From contig JBNPEG010000084.1 in NCBI GenBank assembly GCA_051117555.1, positions 1 through 64,000 on the forward strand: 64,000 nucleotides of DNA. Direction: 5' to 3'. Under the pieces are notes generated by a model. That model ran no database searches, had not been told where the DNA came from, and saw nothing but the letters and a program-made list of their open reading frames with translations. Below, piece after piece: positions 30,332 to 40,763 of this stretch. This DNA is from Elainellaceae cyanobacterium (GTDB lineage Bacteria > Cyanobacteriota > Cyanobacteriia > CAZCXK01). The position numbers were made by a program, and so were the translations under genes. Within the stretch, counting starts at the first letter, position 1, and every line of letters begins with the position of its first letter.

Positions 30332-33300
30332 TTACAGGCCGTTGCCGATGAGGATGAAGGGTGCCCAGTAGTAAGGGTGGCTGAAACGAGTCTGAGATGA
30401 TTGAGCTGTCGATTGCCCTTCATCAGTATCGAGTTCTTCTGGATTGGGTTCTATTGCAATGCCTCGATCATCGGAGCGATCGCCTGTTTCTTCCCCTCTG
30501 AGCAGACTCAGTTGAGCATCGCGCAAGGCTTGAGCAATGGTGCCTGGATTATCAGCGGTATTTTCAGCCAAGTTATGGTAAAAGCTCTGCATCAACTGAC
30601 TGGTGCTGGCATCGTTCACCTGCCAAAGCGACGCAACGACCGTATCCACGCCTGCATCAATAAAAGTCTGGGCAATACCTGAAATTTCTCTGCCGTCTAG
30701 TTCGGAAACTGCTGCTTGATTAGATGAGCGACCGCCTAGAGCCGTTTCGCATGCTGAGAGCACCACCATGCTCAGAGACCGAAATTCGGCTCCAATATCT
30801 TGAATTTGGGAGATGCGCCAGTCTTCTTTGGTGCCCAGCATCAAGTAGGAGGAGTACAGGTTGGTGGGCATGTAGACGCCGTGGGTGGCGATGTGGAGAA
30901 TGTTGTGCCCGGCCAAGCTGTAAAACACATTTTTATCAAACTGACTATTTAGTAACTCTTGACCCGAATAAATCCCGACTTCATCAGTGCGATCGCCACG
31001 CTGAACAATCACATCCAGTTCGTCGGGCACATAACGCAGCCCCCTAAAACCGAACACATCGTCTGCCGGATCAACATCGGGTACTGCTTCTGACAGCCCC
31101 AAGGCCATTACGGAAATCGCGTTGGGGTCTTGGGGAAGAGGGGTATCTGCATGGCTCAACCAGGCGGCGGTGACGGTAGAAACAGTGTAGTTTTCAATCA
31201 GGTATTGGCTGCCGTCAAACAGCGCCGCCATCGGGATGTAGCGAACGGACCGATCCAGGGCAAAGACCAGGTTTTGAATATCATTTTGCTCTAGCTGCTC
31301 GCGCAACTGGGCAGGCATCAGCCAGTCATAAAGCTGCTGAGAAACCGCTTGAATCTCAGAGACAGGACTACACCGTCCCAATTCACATTGCGCCATCAGT
31401 TCATGGAAGCGAAACACCGCCTGGTTGATTTGCTCTTCACTGACGCCCTCCACATAAATGGGTTCTGCCAACCCTCCCTGAGTTGCCCACATGATTAAAA
31501 GCCGATCGTCTAGCACAATGGGATAAATCAACACCGTGCCTGGTTGAGCCTCAACGATTTTCTGCACATCCTCATAAATCAAGTCTTGTGGATCAGGGGC
31601 TTGATCATCAGCGGCGCGTCGCTGGCTCATAGCAGTTTCAAGCGTGCGAACGGCGTCGTTATAAGCAGTATTGCGTTCAGTGCGCTGTTGTTTGAGGCGG
31701 GTTAGCTCTTGTTGACCGCACTCTGGATCAGATTCACAGGTGAGAATTGCCGAGCCCAACTGAATCAGGTCATAGTAGGCAGCCGCCGTGGTTTCTTCTT
31801 CAGGGAACTGATCGACCTCACGGGAGGCAACCCCACTGCGGGTATAGTCTCGAATTTCTTGAAGCTTTAGCAGCTCAATAACTTGCAGGGCTTCGAGGAG
31901 ACGCCCTTGGGAAACGAGCAAGTCAGCGAGGCGGCGATAGGTATGGGAAACTGTATCAGTGTATGACTGCTGAAGTGCTTGGTCGAGCTGTTGAATGCCT
32001 CCCCGAATTTGTTCACGCGTATTGACGGACTGCTTTAAGAACACGATGGCAAGTTCGGGTTGGTCTTGAGTATCAAACAGGTGACCGATATTGTTAAGCG
32101 TAATGCCTTTTCCTGATTGATCCCCCACTTCAGTTCTGATGGCTAAGGCTTGCTGAAGGTACTCCAGCGCTTGCTGATACTGACCCAGATTGCGATACAC
32201 CAAGCCAGTGTTGTTGAGGGTGGTGCCTTCACCCGCGCGATCGCCTATTTCAATTGTGATAGCTAAGGCTTGCTGGTAATAGTCCAGTGCTTGAGAGTAC
32301 TGACCTAGACTGTCATACACCCCGCCAATGTTGTTGAGGGTGGCTCCTTCTCCAGCGCGATCGCCAATGTCAGTTTTGATGGCTAAGGCTTGCTGATAGT
32401 GGTCCAGTGCTTGAGAGTACTGACCCAGAATGTCATACACCGAGCCAATATTGTTGAGGGTGACTCCTTCGCCAAATCGATCGCCCACTTCAGTTCTAAT
32501 GGCTAAGGCTTGCTGGTAATAGTCCAGTGCTTGAGAGTATCGACCCAGATTGTCGTACACCAAGCCAATATTGTTGAGGGTGACTCCTTCGCCAAATCGA
32601 TCGCCAATATCAGTTTTGATGGCTAAGGCTTGCTGATAATAGTCCAGTGCTTGAAAGTACTGACCCAGATTGACGTACACCCCGCCAATGTTGTTGAGGG
32701 TGGTTCCTTCTCCACGGCGATCGCCAATGTCAGTTTTGATGGCTAAGGCTTGCTGGTAATAGTCCAGTGCTTGAGAGTACTGACCCAGATTGGCGTACAC
32801 CCCGCCAATGTTGTTGAGGGTGGTTCCTTCTCCAGCGCGATCGCCCACTTCAGTTCTGATGATTAAGGCTTGCTGATAATAGTCCAGTGCTTGAGAGTAC
32901 TGACCCAGATGGATGTACACCAAGCCAATGTTGTTAAGGGTAGTTCCTTCGCCACGGCGTTGGCGGAACCTCTCTCCTGGAGAATTACCCCCTTCAGCGT
33001 GGATGGCTAAGGCTTGCTGGAAATAGTCAAAGGCTTGCTCATATTGGCCTAGTTTGAAGTACATTTCACCGATATTGTTGAGGGTGGCTCCTTCTCCAGC
33101 GCGATCGCCCACTTCGGTTCTGATGGCTAAGGCTTGCTGGTAGTAGTCGAGGGCTTGCTGATAGTCGCCCAGATTGCTATACACCAAACCAATGCCAGTG
33201 AGAATAGTTACTTCTCTAGATCGATCACCAGTTTCAACATTGATTTCTAATGCCTGCTGATAATAGTCCAGTGCTTGAGAGTACTGACCAACACTGTAAG

Positions 33301-33589
33301 CAATTGCCCCTAGCCCTGTTACGCTTCGTCCTTCTCCACGGCGATCGCCAATTTCTCGATAAATCTCGAACGCCCTTTGAAGCATCGATAGCGCTTGCTG
33401 ATAGTCGCCTCGCTGCCAAAACTGAACTGACCTATCAAACAGTGCATCGGCTTCTGCTTGGCGATCGCCCTCTCCCACATCTTGAGCTAACGCCGTTGAT
33501 TCCTTAAATGACAGAGAGAAGGGCGATGGAACAATGAGCGATAGCAGAACCGTAGACGTCAACAAACCAAGCAAGCGGTGAGAGCGCAT
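30332..33589 (-). CDS. Secreted TPR + CHAT protease
   Basis: Signal peptide; about 12 40-aa TPRs (TLNNIG...QALDYYQQAL); HIATHG and SACETA; HPYYWAPFILIGNGL. Confidence 0.95.
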   Translation of the reverse strand: MRSHRLLGLLTSTVLLSLIVPSPFSLSFKESTALAQDVGEGDRQAEADALFDRSVQFWQRGDYQQALSMLQRAFEIYREIGDRRGEGRSVTGLGAIAYSVGQYSQALDYYQQALEINVETGDRSREVTILTGIGLVYSNLGDYQQALDYYQQALAIRTEVGDRAGEGATLNNIGEMYFKLGQYEQAFDYFQQALAIHAEGGNSPGERFRQRRGEGTTLNNIGLVYIHLGQYSQALDYYQQALIIRTEVGDRAGEGTTLNNIGGVYANLGQYSQALDYYQQALAIKTDIGDRRGEGTTLNNIGGVYVNLGQYFQALDYYQQALAIKTDIGDRFGEGVTLNNIGLVYDNLGRYSQALDYYQQALAIRTEVGDRFGEGVTLNNIGSVYDILGQYSQALDHYQQALAIKTDIGDRAGEGATLNNIGGVYDSLGQYSQALDYYQQALAITIEIGDRAGEGTTLNNTGLVYRNLGQYQQALEYLQQALAIRTEVGDQSGKGITLNNIGHLFDTQDQPELAIVFLKQSVNTREQIRGGIQQLDQALQQSYTDTVSHTYRRLADLLVSQGRLLEALQVIELLKLQEIRDYTRSGVASREVDQFPEEETTAAAYYDLIQLGSAILTCESDPECGQQELTRLKQQRTERNTAYNDAVRTLETAMSQRRAADDQAPDPQDLIYEDVQKIVEAQPGTVLIYPIVLDDRLLIMWATQGGLAEPIYVEGVSEEQINQAVFRFHELMAQCELGRCSPVSEIQAVSQQLYDWLMPAQLREQLEQNDIQNLVFALDRSVRYIPMAALFDGSQYLIENYTVSTVTAAWLSHADTPLPQDPNAISVMALGLSEAVPDVDPADDVFGFRGLRYVPDELDVIVQRGDRTDEVGIYSGQELLNSQFDKNVFYSLAGHNILHIATHGVYMPTNLYSSYLMLGTKEDWRISQIQDIGAEFRSLSMVVLSACETALGGRSSNQAAVSELDGREISGIAQTFIDAGVDTVVASLWQVNDASTSQLMQSFYHNLAENTADNPGTIAQALRDAQLSLLRGEETGDRSDDRGIAIEPNPEELDTDEGQSTAQSSQTRFSHPYYWAPFILIGNGL

Positions 33590-33625
33590 AAATTCTCCAG
33601 CAGGATAATGACCGACACTACTATA

Positions 33626-33653
33626 TAGCTCTGAGGCTGGAGAGGGTATGGAA
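33626..33653 (-). promoter_or_regulatory. Motif A variant upstream of CHAT gene 33589
   Basis: Reverse complement: TTCCATA ccctctccagcctca GAGCTA. Confidence 0.7.
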
Positions 33654-33701
33654 TTTAAGAGAAAATTTTAGGTTGTGAATGAGAAACAACCATAAACCGT
33701 C

Positions 33702-33845
33702 CGTAGGAGCGTACGGCATACGCCCAGTGCAAGGTATTGGTTTTATGCAATGGATTGAGGGGCGATCGCCAGTGGATTCGTTTATTTCAATGGTTGGGTT
33801 GATGAAAACGTGTTGCGCTGGGCGAGTTGTAATTCGCCCCTACAC
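33702..33845. repeat. Inverted pair of GTAG-type REP-like palindromes
   Basis: gtaggagcgtacggcatacgccc ... gggcgagttgtaattcgcccctac; related copies near 34638, 41667 and 55031. Confidence 0.6.
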
Positions 33846-33886
33846 GGATGGTGTTGATGGGTGGGGGCGATCGCCAACGTCTGGAA

Positions 33887-34462
33887 CTACCGCAATTGCA
33901 GAACTTGAGCTGGTGACAGATTCAAATCTCCGAATTGGGGAGAAATAATTGCCCTGTCTTCCCGATGTACCGTTTCTTCGTAAATCCCTTCTACCCACTC
34001 CAACACCACTATTTGCTGATCTATCGGGTCAACAATCCAGTATTCTGCAATATTCCGTGCTGCATACTCGGTACGCTTGTAGCGATAGTCTCGATTTTGC
34101 TGTCCTGGGCTCACAATCTCAACAACCAACACAGGAGGAGGCATATCAGACAAGATAGTTGATTGGCTAGCCCCTTCTAAAGCAGTTGCCAATTCCTCTG
34201 AGATTACCATCAAATCGGGGCGTCTAACAGTTGTGCGCGCCCCACTCACAACAATTTCGGTGCCAATCCTCACTCGATATGAAGGGATTCCCTGGTTCAA
34301 GAAAAAAGCGAATAGTAAAGACGCAATCCGAATATTTAATTCGCTTTCGGGCGGCATTTTGACCAGCGTTCCATTCACTAATTCATGCGGGGTTTCTGTG
34401 CCATCGTCATAACTGAGATACTCTTCGAGCGTCATGGGTTGCGATTTGAGGGCCATGATCAC
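33887..34462 (-). CDS. Uma2 (DUF820) family endonuclease
   Basis: MTLEEYL...ELVNG...RRPDLMV...LVVEIVSPG...DYRYKRTEYA...EYWIVDP. Confidence 0.93.
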   Translation of the reverse strand: MIMALKSQPMTLEEYLSYDDGTETPHELVNGTLVKMPPESELNIRIASLLFAFFLNQGIPSYRVRIGTEIVVSGARTTVRRPDLMVISEELATALEGASQSTILSDMPPPVLVVEIVSPGQQNRDYRYKRTEYAARNIAEYWIVDPIDQQIVVLEWVEGIYEETVHREDRAIISPQFGDLNLSPAQVLQLR

Positions 34463-34705
34463 GCTATCTCCTGCATCAAGGGATGGCTCTATTATTACAG
34501 ATGGCTAAAGCGCGATCGCCCGCTCGTAGAACTGATTCGGGTTGCTTTTTGTACCAGGTCAAGGCAGGACAACCGCTGATATCAATTGATCCCGGTGCGA
34601 TCGCCCTTTTAACCCATTGCGTGTGAATTTAATACGTTGTACGGGTGTACGGCATACGCCTCTCTTCTATGCATCTGAACCAATATTCTAGCCATTATCC
34701 AGGGC

Positions 34706-34773
34706 AGATCCCCGGCTTCTTAATCAGGGGTCTCCAATACCAGTCAGAGACTTACCACAGAAGCCGGGGATCT
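34706..34773. repeat. Small element with 15-bp inverted repeats
   Basis: AGATCCCCGGCTTCT ... AGAAGCCGGGGATCT; right half recurs near 55099. Confidence 0.7.
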
Positions 34774-34823
34774 AAACCGCCATATTAGGTCGCTGATGAA
34801 CAATCCCTAAAGTTTTCTTCAAA

Positions 34824-34851
34824 TTCCATACCATCTCCTGTGCCAGAGATA
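34824..34851 (+). promoter_or_regulatory. Motif A upstream of the CHAT pseudogene
   Basis: TTCCATA ccatctcctgtgcca GAGATA. Confidence 0.72.
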
Positions 34852-34887
34852 TACACTAATGTCGGTCATTATCCTGCTGGAGAATTT

Positions 34888-35375
34888 ATGCGCTCTCACC
34901 GCTTGCTTGGCTTGTTGATGTTTACAGTTTTGCTATTGCTTAATGTGCCGCTGCGGATTATTGGGTTAGTGGGGGAGTTAAGGGCTGTAGCGCAAGATGT
35001 GGGCAAGGGCGATCGCCCTTGCCCCCTCTGACACCGATGATGGCCTACTCACCTCTACCAAAATCTTTTGGCTTAGACTTAAACGCTGAATTCGTCATCC
35101 TCAGTGCCTATGACACTGGGCGAGGGCCAATTACAGGGGATGGCGTGATTGGGCTAGCGCGATCGCTGATTACCGCAGGCGTTCCCAGCGTTATGGTTTC
35201 ATTGTGGTCGGTTCCCGACGCGCCCACCGACGAACTGATGACCAAATTCTATCGCCAGTTGCAGCAAAACCCCGACCAATCTCAAGCACTGCGTCAGGCC
35301 ATGCTGATTACGATTCAAACTCATCCCCATCCTCGCAATTGGGCAGCATTCACGCTAATTGGGGAATCTGAATAA
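34888..35375 (+). pseudogene. Internally deleted TPR-CHAT gene: signal peptide joined at a HIP1 site to the CHAT C-terminus
   Basis: MRSHRLLGLL...AQDVGKGDR, then in another frame AIALAPSDTDDGLLT...LSAYDTG...NWAAFTLIG; catalytic Cys->Tyr; extra frameshift near 35066. Confidence 0.85.
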
Positions 35376-35389
35376 TCTAAACCTTTAAT

Positions 35390-35417
35390 TTCCATAGCAT
35401 TGCTCCGCATAGAGATA
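35390..35417 (+). promoter_or_regulatory. Motif A upstream of sigma-like gene 35428
   Basis: TTCCATA gcattgctccgcata GAGATA. Confidence 0.75.
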
Positions 35418-35427
35418 AGCGATTGTA

Positions 35428-36936
35428 GTGGAGGATGCCCCTTCCACGCCTATTCGTACCGTTACTAATCCAGAGACTTCCATCATGGATGAACCATCCA
35501 AATACTGGACATTCGTTCGACTAACAGCTGCTGGAAAACCTCAGGTTATTGAAGTTGAGCCTGCAAAAGGCTTTTTCAGGCGAGAGTTCCCTCATTTGGT
35601 AGGACAAACTGATATTGCTCATAACATGATTCAGCTTCGGTTGCATCAGCTTTACGACACTACGCCTATCAGAGGAGATGAAATGTCTGAAAGTTGGTTG
35701 GCTGAGTGCTGTCTTCGCTGTTTTATCTCAAATAGAATTGAGCAAGTCTGTTCCCAAATCCAAAAACAGTTTGGTAAGCAGCATGGATTCACCCAATATG
35801 ATCTGTTACCTTACGTGCTCAATGATGGTGATTTGACTACTACAGGAAGAAGACGTTCTTCAAATTCTCAAAACTCCTCAGACCATCCGTCATTAGCTAC
35901 AGAAATTTTACAAACGTTTACCCCGAAGCGAGGAAATTTAGGCAGTTGGGTAACTCGTTTGGTTCGTCATCATAAAGGTTTGAATAATGTTTTGCTTGAA
36001 CACGGCGTTTATTTGTTGAGCGATTGGGCAATTCTTAACGACACTCGGATTCCTCAGCTAGAGCGTATCTTGACCGAATTTTGCCCGCTTCCCAGACATG
36101 AGGTCTTTCAAGCGTCCGTATTGCTAGAGAGCTACCATGCAATCTATCGCCGAGATCGCATGAAACACCGTCAGGCAAATCGTCGATGCTTACCCCCATC
36201 CAACGAGCAGCTTTGCCGAATGAAACAATGGATGCAAAACGAATTCTCAATGGAGCGATCGCCCGATCAAATTGTGGCAGGGCTTCAAGATTTGGCTCAG
36301 CATCTCCGAGACTACCGGATCTTTGTCCGAAGTAATTATCTACCTGTTCAATCTATGGATGATCCCGATCACCAGACTGCAATTGAGTCTATCCAAATGA
36401 CGGATGAAAACGATGAAGAAGACGAGATCAATGAGTTTCTTCACTTCTATCGTCAGCAGTTTGATGAGGGCTTAAACCAGGCTATAGCCAAGGTTATTCA
36501 ACAACGGATTGAGTTCCTGAAGCGTAAGCGAAACCCGAAACACCATGTTTATCTCACGGGCTTACAGCTATTTCATTGCCAAGGTCTCTCTATGAGTGCC
36601 ATCGCCCCTCACATTGGTCTACAACGCCAAGATCAAGTAACATACTTGCTCAAACTCAAATCACTCCGAGCAGATGTTCGACATACCTTGCTCACGATTC
36701 TGCGCGATCGCATTCTCAAAAAGGCCCAAGACTACATTGATCCTGAGCGCCTTCATCATTTAGATCAGCAGATTGACGATGCTTTAGAATCGCATGCTAG
36801 TGCTGTAATCGAAGAAGCTCAAGATGAGGCAAGCACAGCCCGGAATCAACCCCTTCGCAGCGTGTTTGCTCGTCAATTATGTCGCCATCTTGACAAATTG
36901 ATGATTGATTCCCCACCTTCCCACCCAAACCCTTAA
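35428..36936 (+). CDS. Large sigma-factor-like DNA-binding protein (likely start ATG 35485)
   Basis: CLRCFIS...EILQTFTPKRGNLGSWVTRLV (region-2-like); LFHCQGLSMSAIAPHIGLQRQDQVTYLL (HTH); heads a DUF1822-CHASE2 operon. Confidence 0.65.
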   Translation: MEDAPSTPIRTVTNPETSIMDEPSKYWTFVRLTAAGKPQVIEVEPAKGFFRREFPHLVGQTDIAHNMIQLRLHQLYDTTPIRGDEMSESWLAECCLRCFISNRIEQVCSQIQKQFGKQHGFTQYDLLPYVLNDGDLTTTGRRRSSNSQNSSDHPSLATEILQTFTPKRGNLGSWVTRLVRHHKGLNNVLLEHGVYLLSDWAILNDTRIPQLERILTEFCPLPRHEVFQASVLLESYHAIYRRDRMKHRQANRRCLPPSNEQLCRMKQWMQNEFSMERSPDQIVAGLQDLAQHLRDYRIFVRSNYLPVQSMDDPDHQTAIESIQMTDENDEEDEINEFLHFYRQQFDEGLNQAIAKVIQQRIEFLKRKRNPKHHVYLTGLQLFHCQGLSMSAIAPHIGLQRQDQVTYLLKLKSLRADVRHTLLTILRDRILKKAQDYIDPERLHHLDQQIDDALESHASAVIEEAQDEASTARNQPLRSVFARQLCRHLDKLMIDSPPSHPNP

Positions 36937-36951
36937 CCACAATAATGACGA

Positions 36952-38286
36952 TTGCCTCACCGGAGATTTACGATGATGACTAATTCCCTATCTATTACCA
37001 CTATGTTTGATGCCGATTCAGCCTCGCCCAATACTATTTTTCTATCCAACAGCCAGATTGACCAGGCGATCGCACTGAGTGAACAGGTACGAGAACCCGA
37101 GCAGTGGCAAGTCTATCGGCAGGCGATCGCTTTAACTGCATTCAAACAATGGCTCGACGAAAGAGATTCCCAACTATTCGTTCAAGATGATCGCTCGACC
37201 CTTCAGTTTCCAGAATATGCCAGCTTAATTAATGCTGTTTGCAATATTCAAATTGGTCACTATCGAATCTGTCTCATTCCAACAGGAAGTGTCGCAGATA
37301 CTGTAGTATTTTTGCCACGAGCAACCGTTGAAATCTCAGACTTCGTTCCTCATCTATACGTGCTCATTGAGGTGTCAGATGAGTATGAACACGTCCAAAT
37401 TAAAGGGTGTCTGCGTCGCGATTCGCTTTTCTATCATCTAAAGTCTGTTCATTTGCCTACCAATGCTGACTGGACCTATTCAATTCCTCTAGACTGGTTT
37501 AGTCTTGACCCTGAGCGCATTCTTCTGTATCTTCGCTGCTTAGAACCCAATGCAATCCAAAGCCAAACAGTCGCTCCTCACGCACACGCTTCAGTTGCTC
37601 AGGTGAAAGCCGATCTAACTCTATTGCGTCCTCGTATTCAATCCAGCGATCGCCCGCTTTGGCGACTTTTAATGTGGGAGCAAGCATCAACTATCCTCTG
37701 CAATCCTGAGCTATTGGATCAAGTCTATTCCAGAACCCAGACAGGTGCGCACGCGTTGCAGGATTTGAAACAACGAGCCATCAACGTAGGATTGTGGCTA
37801 CAAAATCAAGTAGATGAACTAGCACAGGAATGGATTTTACTCCCTCCGCCAGTACTTGAAACTGTAACCGCTCAAGCAATGCGATCGCCCGTCGAGCAGT
37901 TTGATGATGTCATTTCTGCCTTAACTCAGCAAGGCATGATGATTCCGTCTCACGCAAGAGGAGCCTATCAAGATCTGAAAGGAGCAAATGCGGCTCTTCG
38001 GCTGTATGCCGTCACGTGGAAATTGCCTGAGTTGTCTCATTCCGATGAATGGACTCTGCTGCTCATGCTAGGGGCACAACCTGGCGCCCAACTACCTGAA
38101 GGGGTTCGGCTTCAAGTTCACGACGAACATCACGTCCTAGATGAACAAGTTTTGACCACCTCTACTTCAGATGCCCATCTTTTTTCACGGGTGATTGGAG
38201 ATCTCAACGAGCAGTTTTCGGTCACAATTAAGTTGGCAAATGGGGAAGTGGTGACTCGTCAGCCCTTTGTATTTCACCTATCTTAA
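36952..38286 (+). CDS. DUF1822 family protein (likely start ATG 36973)
   Basis: WQVYRQAIALTAFKQWL...HLYVLIEV...INVGLWLQ...MRSP...EQFSVTI. Confidence 0.8.
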   Translation: MPHRRFTMMTNSLSITTMFDADSASPNTIFLSNSQIDQAIALSEQVREPEQWQVYRQAIALTAFKQWLDERDSQLFVQDDRSTLQFPEYASLINAVCNIQIGHYRICLIPTGSVADTVVFLPRATVEISDFVPHLYVLIEVSDEYEHVQIKGCLRRDSLFYHLKSVHLPTNADWTYSIPLDWFSLDPERILLYLRCLEPNAIQSQTVAPHAHASVAQVKADLTLLRPRIQSSDRPLWRLLMWEQASTILCNPELLDQVYSRTQTGAHALQDLKQRAINVGLWLQNQVDELAQEWILLPPPVLETVTAQAMRSPVEQFDDVISALTQQGMMIPSHARGAYQDLKGANAALRLYAVTWKLPELSHSDEWTLLLMLGAQPGAQLPEGVRLQVHDEHHVLDEQVLTTSTSDAHLFSRVIGDLNEQFSVTIKLANGEVVTRQPFVFHLS

Positions 38287-38294
38287 AAGCCATC

Positions 38295-40754
38295 ATGCCT
38301 GAACAGTCTATATTTCAACTCAACGTTCATCAGGTCGACCAGCAATGTTTGTTTGAGTTGTCCTGGAGCCAGGGACGACGGCTTACAGCTCTGCTTAGTT
38401 ATCCTCAGTCATTGATAGAACTCTATCAGCAGTGGCGACAGTTTTATCTCAGTTTCTATCGCACCGTTCAGATCCCGTTGGTTTTATCTCCACACGTGGA
38501 AAACGGACTGCGAGGCAGACGTGCAGAAAGCGGCAGCATTATCTCAACGCCGAAAGACTGGCAGGCTAAACTTGTTGAAGTCGAAGCAAAGTTTTTATAC
38601 GCATTCCACCATTGGTTGCGCAGCGCCGAACTCTACGAGATCCGTGCCAAACTCGCTGAGGCAAGTCGTCTAAATAGAGATGGGCAACCCGTTGATCTGT
38701 TTCTCACCTGCACGCCTATTCAACTCTCTCGACTACCGTGGGAAACGTGGGAAATAGGCACTGAATTTGCCTCAATGGGCGGAATCCGCATTGCCCGTTC
38801 TCCTGCCAATATCAGAGTAGAAGCAAATCCTAGAAATTCACTTCCGCGTCGCCGAACACGAATTCTGGCGATTTTGGGAGACGACACTGGCCTAAATTTC
38901 AAAGTCGACCGGGATGCGGTGCAGTCTCTTTCGCGCTTTGCAGATATAGAGTTTGTTGGCTGGCAACCGGGCAAATCCATTGACGAGCTAAAAACTGAAA
39001 TCACCCAGGCGATCGCTCATCCGCTGGGTTGGGATATCCTATTCTTTGCTGGACACAGTAACGAAACTACTATGACCGGCGGAGAACTGGCGATCGCTCC
39101 CCAAACCCACATCGCCCTGCGTGACATTGCTCCCCAACTGGCGATCGCCAAAGAACGGGGTTTGCAGTTTGCTATCTTCAATTCCTGCAACGGCATCAAT
39201 ATTGCCGAAACGCTCATTGACTTGGGACTCAGTCAAGTGGCTGTGATGCGAGAACCCATTCACAATCGAGTTGCACAGGAGTTCCTAATCCGGTTCTTGC
39301 AAAGTCTTGCTGACCACAAAGATGTTCATGAGTCATTGATTACAGCCAGTCAGTTTCTAAAGACGACTAAGAACCTGACCTATCCGTCTGCGTATTTGGC
39401 ACCCTCTCTATTTCGCCATCCCGACTCGACGCTGTTTCGTGTTCAACCGATAGGTTGGAAGCAACAATTCAGGCGACTTATGCCCAAGCGCTATGAGGCG
39501 ATCGCTCTAGCAGTTTTGATGATTCTGGGTAGTTATGGTTCTGTTCAATATCGACTGTTAGAAGGCAGAGTTCTGGCTCAGGCTCGCTACCGTCAATGGA
39601 CACACCGAGTTCAGTCTGATAAACCTTCCCCCTTACTTCTCGTTCGAGTGGATGGAGAGTCCCTTGATCGAGAAAATATCTTGGAACGGAACCCAATTCC
39701 ACCTGATTATCTGGCTAGTTTGATAACACAATTATCGGCTCGTGACGTAAGTGTAATCGGAATTGATTATTTGATCGACCGCCAACAAGAAGGCAGTGAT
39801 TTGATGGCGAAGGCTGTAAGGGAGGTAGCAGGACAAGGAACGATATTTGTATTTGCAAGTATCCAAGATAATCATGCTCGGTGGATGAAAACCACGCCAG
39901 AGATTGCCGATCCAGTCTATAGCATTCATGGGGATGCAGCCCGTGCTTGGGGAAATGACTATCGGATGCCACTCTTAATTGAAGGACGAGAACATCTCCT
40001 CCCGTTTGCACTATTGATGGTGTTGCTCCAGCAAAATTCTGGAACTTCCTCTATATCAAATGAACCTGTTGGCTTAGCCATTTTTGATAACCCCGGTCAG
40101 CTTACAGAATTGTTTTCGCCTCGCCTCTATTGGCAGTCGATTTCACGCCTGAGTTACCGTTTCAAACAATATTGGTTGCATCCAATTACCGATTTTTCGC
40201 TCCCACCTCATCAGGTTTATCAATCAATACCAGCCTGGAAGCTGCTAGAACAGCCAAACGCGCCTGAATTGAAGCACTTACCCCAGCAAGCGGTGATGAT
40301 CGCAGCAGGAGGCTATGAGGAAGCAGGATTAATTCCGGGTGATGATAATGAAAACTTTGAAGCTCCAGACGCGATGAGCTACTGGTATCGACAGGAGAAT
40401 CCTCATAACCCTTATCGTGAGATGACTGGGGGCGAACAGCATGCCTATCTCTTCCATCATTTTTTGAATCGTCGATTTGTTATCCCTGTCCCCAATCTGT
40501 GGATGATATTACTTGCAGCGATCGCTGGAAAGGTCACAGTTTTGCTACTCGCGCGACAGCGTTCAACGAATACCAAGGCATACCAGCGTTATGAAGGGTT
40601 GATTGGTTCAGGACTTTTAATTAGCACCGCAATATATGCGCTGATGAGCCTTGAGTTATATGTATCGACACTGGCGATCGCATTTCCTATTGTTCTTCCC
40701 ATCGCAGCCTATTGGGGCTATGTATTGCCATCGTTATTTCGAAATAAACCATGA
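38295..40754 (+). CDS. CHAT + TM + CHASE2 + 3 TM sensor protease
   Basis: ILAILGDDTG, FFAGHS, FNSCNG, MREPIHN; TM; CHASE2-like (IGIDYLID); C-terminal TM segments. Confidence 0.9.
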   Translation: MPEQSIFQLNVHQVDQQCLFELSWSQGRRLTALLSYPQSLIELYQQWRQFYLSFYRTVQIPLVLSPHVENGLRGRRAESGSIISTPKDWQAKLVEVEAKFLYAFHHWLRSAELYEIRAKLAEASRLNRDGQPVDLFLTCTPIQLSRLPWETWEIGTEFASMGGIRIARSPANIRVEANPRNSLPRRRTRILAILGDDTGLNFKVDRDAVQSLSRFADIEFVGWQPGKSIDELKTEITQAIAHPLGWDILFFAGHSNETTMTGGELAIAPQTHIALRDIAPQLAIAKERGLQFAIFNSCNGINIAETLIDLGLSQVAVMREPIHNRVAQEFLIRFLQSLADHKDVHESLITASQFLKTTKNLTYPSAYLAPSLFRHPDSTLFRVQPIGWKQQFRRLMPKRYEAIALAVLMILGSYGSVQYRLLEGRVLAQARYRQWTHRVQSDKPSPLLLVRVDGESLDRENILERNPIPPDYLASLITQLSARDVSVIGIDYLIDRQQEGSDLMAKAVREVAGQGTIFVFASIQDNHARWMKTTPEIADPVYSIHGDAARAWGNDYRMPLLIEGREHLLPFALLMVLLQQNSGTSSISNEPVGLAIFDNPGQLTELFSPRLYWQSISRLSYRFKQYWLHPITDFSLPPHQVYQSIPAWKLLEQPNAPELKHLPQQAVMIAAGGYEEAGLIPGDDNENFEAPDAMSYWYRQENPHNPYREMTGGEQHAYLFHHFLNRRFVIPVPNLWMILLAAIAGKVTVLLLARQRSTNTKAYQRYEGLIGSGLLISTAIYALMSLELYVSTLAIAFPIVLPIAAYWGYVLPSLFRNKP

Positions 40755-40763
40755 GGAAAAGTC

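Noticed and set aside
33679..33948. 89-aa ORF, and likewise 41612..41932 and 44728..45201
   Set aside because: Made of REP/STRR repeats and promoter DNA; no protein-like features.
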